In this document: positions 56,036-64,000 of the stretch, one piece after another
Numbering within the stretch: the stretch's first letter is position 1
How the letters are laid out: each line of letters starts with the position of its first letter
Assembly (NCBI RefSeq): GCF_009914755.1
Contig: NC_060947.1
Length of the DNA stretch: 64,000 nt
Source of the DNA: the human T2T-CHM13v2.0 reference genome, Homo sapiens
Direction: 5' to 3' (one strand)
Notes under the pieces: model-generated
The model's input: the letters and a program-made list of their open reading frames with translations, nothing else
Told to the model about the DNA's origin: nothing
The model's database searches: none
Made by a program: the position numbers and the translations under genes

Positions 56036-59000
56036 TGGGACCCAAGGTCTCAGAGCACAGGCATATTATTTTCTGGGTTTGATACTCGTTATTCATACAA
56101 ATAATGAGCCCTACACAGGGAACAAGGCAGGAAGTTAGCTGTTAACTCCTTGTGAGCTGCTTCTCTTTATAGAGCTCTTGGGTATGTAGAACTGTATGGG
56201 AAGAAGCCAGGAAAACCTCTGAGTGTTGAAGGGGCAACCCAAGGCATCACAGTTCACAGGTAACCATGTTGTGTTCTTCTAGGCATTACTGGCCTTTTCA
56301 CTGACAAGTTACCCCTGAAATCTGAGTTGTACTGGTTAGATTCATTAGGTTGAATGAGGAGAGGGGCTTACCTGTTCTCTAGTTTTCCAGACTGCTGGTT
56401 TGGGTAACCTGAAGTTTTATGATCCCTGAACATAGTTTTCACCCAAGAGCTGTCCTGGTGACCAAAAAAGATTACTAGGGTTTTGCCATCAGCAACATCA
56501 TTCCTGTCAGAGCTTTCAGGGAGGGCTGTTCAAGTTTGGTTTTTGAATAGACAGAGGTTTCATTTTCATCTCATTAGGGCTTTTTTGTACATAGCCAACT
56601 GTAGCCACCCTGGCATGCTGTCTCTAATTGATTCAAGGGCCTAGATTTGGAGACTTTGTTCCTTAGCATCCATGGATGCAGAAATGAGTGATAAATTTGG
56701 CCATGAAAGCCCTGGAATTTTAGGAAAGTTGTGATTCTTTGATATGTTGATGAAATTCTGGATCAGGAGGGGTGTTAAAACATCAAAATGATGGCGACTT
56801 GTATAAGTAGAATTCTTACCATCTTACTCCTGCCTCCCCATTCCTTGCCTGTCAGGACCATTTTAGAAGAGTTACCTTGGTTAACTTAAGGGTTTTTTAG
56901 AAAACCCCACAGAAATCTCTCACCCAGTTCAGGTGTATAGGGAATTTTCATTTTCATTATTTCAAGGAATAGAGTTTTCCTCACTACCACTTGTAATTAG
57001 AGATTGACTTCAGAAACTTTTTCTAAATTATAAAGACGGAATGACCAGAAAATTTTTGTCTTTCATGGAATGCAATTTGACTTGGCATAATTGTGAGTTA
57101 ATTTGATAAAGATCTCCAGTTGTATCCTCTGACACCCTTTAATGTTCTATATAATTTTTCCTTTAATCGGAGACCCTATTTGTTTCATTAAAGAGGATTG
57201 GGTAGCATATCCTCAATTATCTTGGAAAAATGCGTAGATCTAGTGCCATTATTTCTACCATTAAAATCTTGAAAGCGAAATACTTGAAAAGAGGTGACCA
57301 TAAAGATCACACCAATTTAGAATGAATATTAAAGTCTGAGAAATTTACAAAAGGGACTCTATGGACTCGATTTTACCATATGGAATAGGGATCCACTTCT
57401 CTGTTAACCTACAAAACGTATTTATCTGGCCATTGCACTTCGGATAATTTTCATTTTTAATTCCTCTTGGTGTCAAATTTTTAAGTAATTTCATGCACAC
57501 AGGAGAAAATGCAATTTGATAATCAGTTTCCACTACATTCGGAGGTCAAGAAAGCAGTATATATTCTTTCACAAGGCATCCATACTGTTTAATATTTATA
57601 GAGTTCATAGAAATACATCAATAAGCTCCTAAATTATAGAGCCTCAATTTTGGTTTTTCTCATTTGAAATGTTTTTGATTTATCAATATTTGTGGTTTAA
57701 CTTTGTGGGGGTGTCCAGGCAGTAGATCATTTTTTGTCTATTTTTAACCAAATAAGAATAACACTCAAGACTATGTTCTCCATCCCAACACATCACTTAC
57801 CACTTGCACTATTCTTAATAGGCCTAAAATAGTGAGCATATATAATCAAAATAATACTTCATACAACATATACTTCCATGCACTCTTCATGTAATCACAT
57901 ATGTGCATAGATACACAATCGTATTACATAAAACACCCTTGAAAATATATGACTTTGAATAAAATAAAGCTACCATGTTAATACATCATTTTTTGTTTCT
58001 TCCTAATTAACAAAAGGGCTCTATAATGATTAGGAGAGCTGTAAGGCCATTCTTTAGTCATTCCAAGTGTATATTTGTATCACACCAGTTACTTGTGTTC
58101 ATTGACACCAAATATTTTCAAGCTTTTTGTGAGAAAGAGATTCTTGCCTTGAGGCTCTGCAGTGGCAAATGGTAGGGGCAATAGCGCTCCCTTTTCACCT
58201 GAAATGCCTTCAGCTCAGGCCTTGGGAGTGAGGTGTGGGAGTAGCCACCAGCCTCCCACTGACTAGGCATGTTAGGAATTAGACAAGGATGGAGAGACTG
58301 GTTTTTTCCAGCCTTGGTTTGGAAGCTTGTCTCAAAAACCATTACAAAATCTTAACCTTCAAATACATTCTAAATCACTTTAATTTAGAAGATAGGTGAG
58401 CAACTTGAGTGATCCCAAACCAAACTAACAGTGCTGGTTTGTCCGACACCCAAAGCCCACTTCACACATTTATAAGGACAGAGATTTGGTAACTCATTTG
58501 GGTATTTTGTCAGTTTTAACCCTTAATATACAGGTATCCCAGCTTTGGGCACATGTATGTCCATTCACTTTCAGGAAGGGGTGTCAGTACTTTCTTTCTG
58601 TGTGGTGAAAACATAAGCCATGGTGAACTGATAATTTTTGTTTTTAAATTATTTATATTACTGAATTGGCAAAATTACAGTTCACACTGCAGAGCTAGGT
58701 TGTCCTATTGGCATAAAACAAACCAGCAACTTTTCTCATGTGTTTGGAGTTAAAATGTGTTTTTCAGTTATAATTTCAATTTTTAAATTTCTTGGTGCTT
58801 TGTCTAATTAATTACATCCCATAACTTGTCAGGATAGTTGCTCCAACTGAATTGCTATCATTTGGCTGGATGGGGGTGAAGTATGTCTTCAAAATATATT
58901 GAAGTAAGTTCATCAAACATGTTTAGACTTCCTCTCATTGCTGGAGACAGCCCAGTGTAGAGATTGGCACTTCCCTGTCCAGCACTACAACTTAATTGCT

Positions 59001-59695
59001 CTATGCCTCAGTTTCCCCATAATACCCTTTTCCAACCTACCTCACAAGGTTATCAGAAAGATCAAATTAAATAATAGATGTGAAAATGCTTTGAAAATGT
59101 TTTTAAGTGCTATGCATATTTATAGAGTTATTATAGTTATTCAAATCCATAAGCAGGTTATTTTTATTTTTTTACTGTTTGAAAAGAAATAAGTAGTGTC
59201 ATTCATATGAGTTCCTGAGTGGATATGCGAATCTTTGGTCTTCTCGACAGGTGCCCTTTCTCTTACCACTAGTTGCTTACAAAAATAGCACCCAAACACA
59301 TGGCACTTGGAAGAAAAAGACCCACTGAATCTGAGAAAGTACTTTCTGGTGGCAAATGAATTTATCATTTTAGTATAGTTTTCGATAAAGGATATAGCAA
59401 CATCTTTTGATAATTGTGCTTTACAACTTGAATGCTGATTCAAGGCATTATTTGGATGTGAGTTTAATCTTTTCAGCCTTGTAAATGGGAAAATATATAT
59501 TAAAATTGATTGTCAAATACAGCATTTCTTTGGAAACCACCTTAAAACATTAGTGCTATGGTTATGAGTGTATGTGCCAGTACTTACCAGTCAATGCATT
59601 GTGGATATGAGCTTTCGTTGACTGCTTCTCTGCAGTCGTTGATGCTAATAAATATTGTCCTGTTTCTTCATATAATAAATTAATTTTTCAATTTC
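56036..59695 (+). other. XK: XK 3' UTR
   Basis: Follows TAA; includes a MIR-like piece ~58950-59110; ends near tandem AATAAA. Confidence 0.75.
59647..59679 (+). terminator. XK: XK poly(A) signals
   Basis: AATAAA 59647-59652 and 59674-59679 followed by U-rich sequence. Confidence 0.75.
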
Positions 59696-60234
59696 TCCTT
59701 GTATTTCATTCTTTATACAATTCTTACATGGCCTTTTTACTTCAGGGACTATTTTTAAAACAGAAATTTTAAAATTGTTTCATTGTAACTGATTATAGTT
59801 TTATAAACTCACCTGGAAATTACTTCTGTAGGCTGAGAAATTTGAGAGTGCTAAGATTCAGCCTTGCAGAACAACAACAGTCCATGAAAACCTCTCTGAT
59901 TGTTTTATAGACATTTACTCCACTTGTTAAAATTACACTGCTGGATACTAAGATTCTGTTCAGTTGTCCATCAGTTGCCATGCACAATACAAAAAAGAGA
60001 GGCAATACACATCTCTTCTAGACAAACATAAATATATACTGATTCAGAAATATAAAACACCAAAGAAATGGCTTGGTATTAACATACATAATCAAATGTA
60101 AATGGTTGGGAAAAACATCAGTCATTAAAGGGATCATTTCAGAGCATGAGAGAGACATGGACTGTTTCAATAATTCCTTTGCTTCTGAAGGTGGCCTTGG
60201 AATTTGCAAAGACTTAGCTATAGGATAAATCTCT

Positions 60235-61380
60235 TTAAAAACAGCTTTATTGAGGCACAATTGACATACAAAAAACTGCACATATTTAATGTATACAATT
60301 TGATGAATGTGTACATATGCAAACACTCATGAAACCATCACCACAATCAAGGTAATAGACATATTCATCACTTCTAAAAATTTCCTTGTCCCTCTTTGTT
60401 TTTGTTTTGTTTTGTCTTTGTAAGACACTTAACATGAGATCTATGCTCTTAATATTTTAAATTCACAATACACTATCGACAACTATAAGTACTATGTTGT
60501 ACAACAGATCTCTATAACTTACTCATCTAACGTAACTGAAACTTTATATCCATTGAACAACAACTTCCCATTTCCCCTACCCCCCAGGCCCTGGCAATTG
60601 CCATTCTATCCTCTGCTTCTATGAGTTTTGCTATTTTAGACACCCCATCTAGGTGGAATCATGTAGTATTTGTCCTTCTGTGTCTAGCTTATTTCACTTA
60701 GCATAATATCCTCCAGATTCTTCCATGTTGTCACAAATGGCAAGGTATCCTTTTTTTAAGGCTGAGTAGTATTTAGGAATATGCCATATATTCTTTATCC
60801 ATTTATCTATCAATGGACATTTAGGTTATTTTCATATCTTGGCTATTGTGAATAATGGTTCAATGAACACTGGAGTGCAGATATCTCTTCAAGATCCTGA
60901 TTTCAGTTATTTTGGATACATACCCAGAAGTGGGGCTGTTGGATCATACGGAAGTTTTATTTTTTTAATTTTTTGAGGAGCCTTCATACTGTTGCCCATA
61001 TTGGCTGTACTATTTTACATTCCTATCAACAGTATACAAGTGTTCTAATTTCTCCAAATCCTTACTTACATTTAATTTTTTGTTTTTTTGGATAGTAGCC
61101 ATCCTAACAGGTGTGAGGTGATATTTCACTGTGGTTTTAATTTCTAGTTTCCTGATGATTGGGGATGTTGAGCACCTTTTCATATACCAGTTTTCCATTT
61201 GTATGTTCTCTTTGGAAAAAGGTCTATTCCAGTCCTTTGCCCATCTTTTAATTGGGTTATTAAACGCTTTCTTTTATTGAGTTGTAGGAGTTTCTTACAT
61301 GTTTTGGAGATTTTCAGATATATGGTTTGCAAATATTTTCTCCAATCTGTAGATGTTTTTCCTTTGCTGTGCAGAAGTCT
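60235..61380 (-). mobile_element. L1MA/MB-like 3' fragment
   Basis: ggaatcatgtagtatttgtccttctgtg...gccatcctaacaggtgtgaggtgata. Confidence 0.8.
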
Positions 61381-62415
61381 TTTAAAATAAATATTTTCAT
61401 GTTAAAAAAAACTGAGTATTAACAATTATAGCATTCAAGTAGGTCAATATAAAATTATTTAATTTGGTGTTTGTTAATGTTTTATTTTGAAATAATTTTA
61501 AACTAATAGAAAAGCCTGAAGAATAGTGCAAGGAATTTCTTTATACCCTTTACCCAGACTCACCTATTATTAATATTTTTCCATGCCCGTTATCATTGTC
61601 ACTTTCTCTCTCTTTCTTGTAAACCCTTTGAGATTACACTGCCAACGTTACACCCCTTTATTCCTAAATACTATGATGTGTTTTTCCTGTGAATAAAGGT
61701 ATTCTCTTACAGAGCCACACTATAGTTATCAAATTCAGGAAATTTAATATTGACACAATACTAATATCTAATCTAATATCCATACTCCAGTTAACAATTG
61801 TGCCAGTCACTTTATTTGCTTTCACAAAGCTTGTGAAAACCATGTGAATCAACTCAGTTCTCTTCTGTGGGGTTGTCTTTATTTAAAACTATGAGTAAGT
61901 TTTAACTTTTCTATGAATAATGGGAGATCTACAGCAGACGTTGAAGTTATTTGAAGAAAATATGTAGATGCTATCAGTACTAACTAATAGCTTAAAAACT
62001 GGAAATTTGAGATGTTTATTGGCAAGCTGGGTAATTCTTTTTCATGAACATCCTTTTTAGGCTTCAAGTGTTTGCTGTTTAATATTTGAATCTGTAGTTC
62101 ACTCCCATCCTCTGCCCTGCTGTTATAACTCTATTTTACAGTGTTTGGGCCCAAATTTTAAAAGATTAGGAATGAGGTGAGTTAAGTAGATATTATTCTG
62201 CTATGACCATATTTCTCTGGGTGTCCCTCTTCCAGGAGACTATATTTTCTATGAACATCTCTCCAACTGGGAAAGAGCTCAGAAATCTCAACTATACATT
62301 TTAATTAAATGAATAACATTTTGAGCATTTCCTCTTTTTCAGGGAAAGGCACTTTATAGCAGCAGAGATTTGTACAGAGCTGGAAATTCAGAAGCATCCC
62401 AATCTCTCCTTTCCC

Positions 62416-62416
<1 letters not shown>

Positions 62417-62477
<61 letters not shown>

Positions 62478-62486
62478 CACACACAC
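62417..62486. repeat. (CA)n microsatellite, one interruption
   Basis: Direct inspection. Confidence 0.95.
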
Positions 62487-64000
62487 CCTGTCAGAGTAGA
62501 CCCCAAATATGCTAAGAAGTTGAGTCTGCCACAGAAGCCTGCTCTAGGGAATGACCTAACATCTTATCACCCTCTCTGCATGGTTGTTTCTCTGGAAATT
62601 ATTAGGCCAAGGAGATCTAGAATACTTGGTTTAAGCAGGTTTTAGAATCCAGAGCATCTTTAAAGAGTGTTACAGCAGCATGCAGCCGTGTCTCTCTGCT
62701 GCAGGTTATCAGAAAACTTAACACTCAGACTCTGCTGTAGCATGCACCTTTGTGTGAGGGAGTGGAGGGTTTGCCTCCTCCCAAGAAGGATAGATTTAGC
62801 TAAATCAATTTTGAGGTTCTGCCTGTGCTTTCACTCCCTCCCTGCCTCCTATCCTGAATTAATTTTCTATCTCTGAATGATGAGTTCCTGATTGAAACCT
62901 GATTAGCCTGCTTCCTAAAGCCGTGGAAATACCATCTCCCTTAGACATATACATTATGCATACTGGTTTAATTTCTTATCAGTTTGCTTCCTATCTTAAT
63001 TACCTAAACTCTACAGTTAATGAGTTAGGTTTTCAGGGGTGATAGCACTCAAGAAATAAAACAGGATTTTGAAATTCTATTTTGGAGTGGTGCTGCAACA
63101 CCACACCCACCGCCACCCTAGCAGGGAGGAGAATGATTCCCTTTTGTCATCTTCCCCTAACAAGGTGACCTTCTTAATTGGATTGGCAGAATTTTCTAGA
63201 AAAATGGTGCCTGGCTGTAGGGCTGCAGGCCTCCAAGAATCAGAGGTATTGTGATCCTCTCCACTACTACAGATATCTGGCACACACTTGTGCAATTCTT
63301 TTTCAAACCAATGGGAATGCTGTTGTGAGTGATAGGACAGGACTGATTAGAAGTGTCACTGTAGTCAAAGTAATTTTGTCATTTTTCTCCCAGCTCCCAC
63401 CATGAACAAATATTAAAAATTCAACCACTGTTATGTGGAGGGTGACCTTAAAGTATGTCTTTTGTAATTGAGGTTATTGGGATCTATTACCCTGGGAAGT
63501 TTTTTTTTTTCTGCTGAAATATTTTCTCCTATGGACTTATGGTATAGTCTTTTCCTTTTAAAATGAGGATAGATCACCCACACATCATGCGGCTTCTCTC
63601 ATTTACAGCTTGATTCAAGAGATCAGGAAATATGTTTATTTTAAAAGTGTACTGTAAATGTCCTACCTTAAAAAAGTACATTATCTACCTTCACAGGAAG
63701 TATGTAATCAAGGTGAAATGCTTCTATCGTTTCAAATTATTACTAAATGTATATTACTATCATAATATCCATCAAAATAATATGATTTCTACAGTCTTCA
63801 ATTCACCTCCCAGTTTACTTCCTTAGCCTTATTATAAATAATATCAGGGTGCTTTCAGCTACAATTTGTAGAACACCTGGTTAAAAGTGGCTTAAACAAT
63901 AGGATTTTGTTATCTATATTAACAAGCAGTTTGGAAAGAGGTGATTCTAGATTCTGGCAGGCAAACTATCCTTGGGCCCCAGAGGCTTTCCATCTTTCCT

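Overview
Repeat-rich mammalian DNA, almost certainly the human Xp21.1 LANCL3-XK region. It holds the last coding exon and a probable long 3' UTR of LANCL3, a CpG-island promoter, and the complete three-exon XK gene (CDS 13519-13763 + 21859-22121 + 55209-56035 = 1335 nt, 444 aa, intact). Introns are filled with Alu, L1, L2/MIR, MaLR/ERV LTRs, DNA transposons and one TSD-flanked antisense SVA. There is no CRISPR array, rRNA or tRNA that I can support. The least obvious signals are: (1) two decayed short-H2A histone-variant gene copies in XK intron 2 that share a downstream non-coding block; (2) a 32-codon uORF whose stop overlaps the XK start (ATGA); (3) a perfect (GGGGT)3GGGG / triple-CACCC motif in the promoter; (4) a palindromic GATA cluster in intron 1 with one site duplicated by an AluY TSD; (5) a young AluYa5 in the probable LANCL3 3' UTR. 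I do not see a wholly new biological system; gene and repeat names come from recognition, not database searches, and old-repeat boundaries are approximate.
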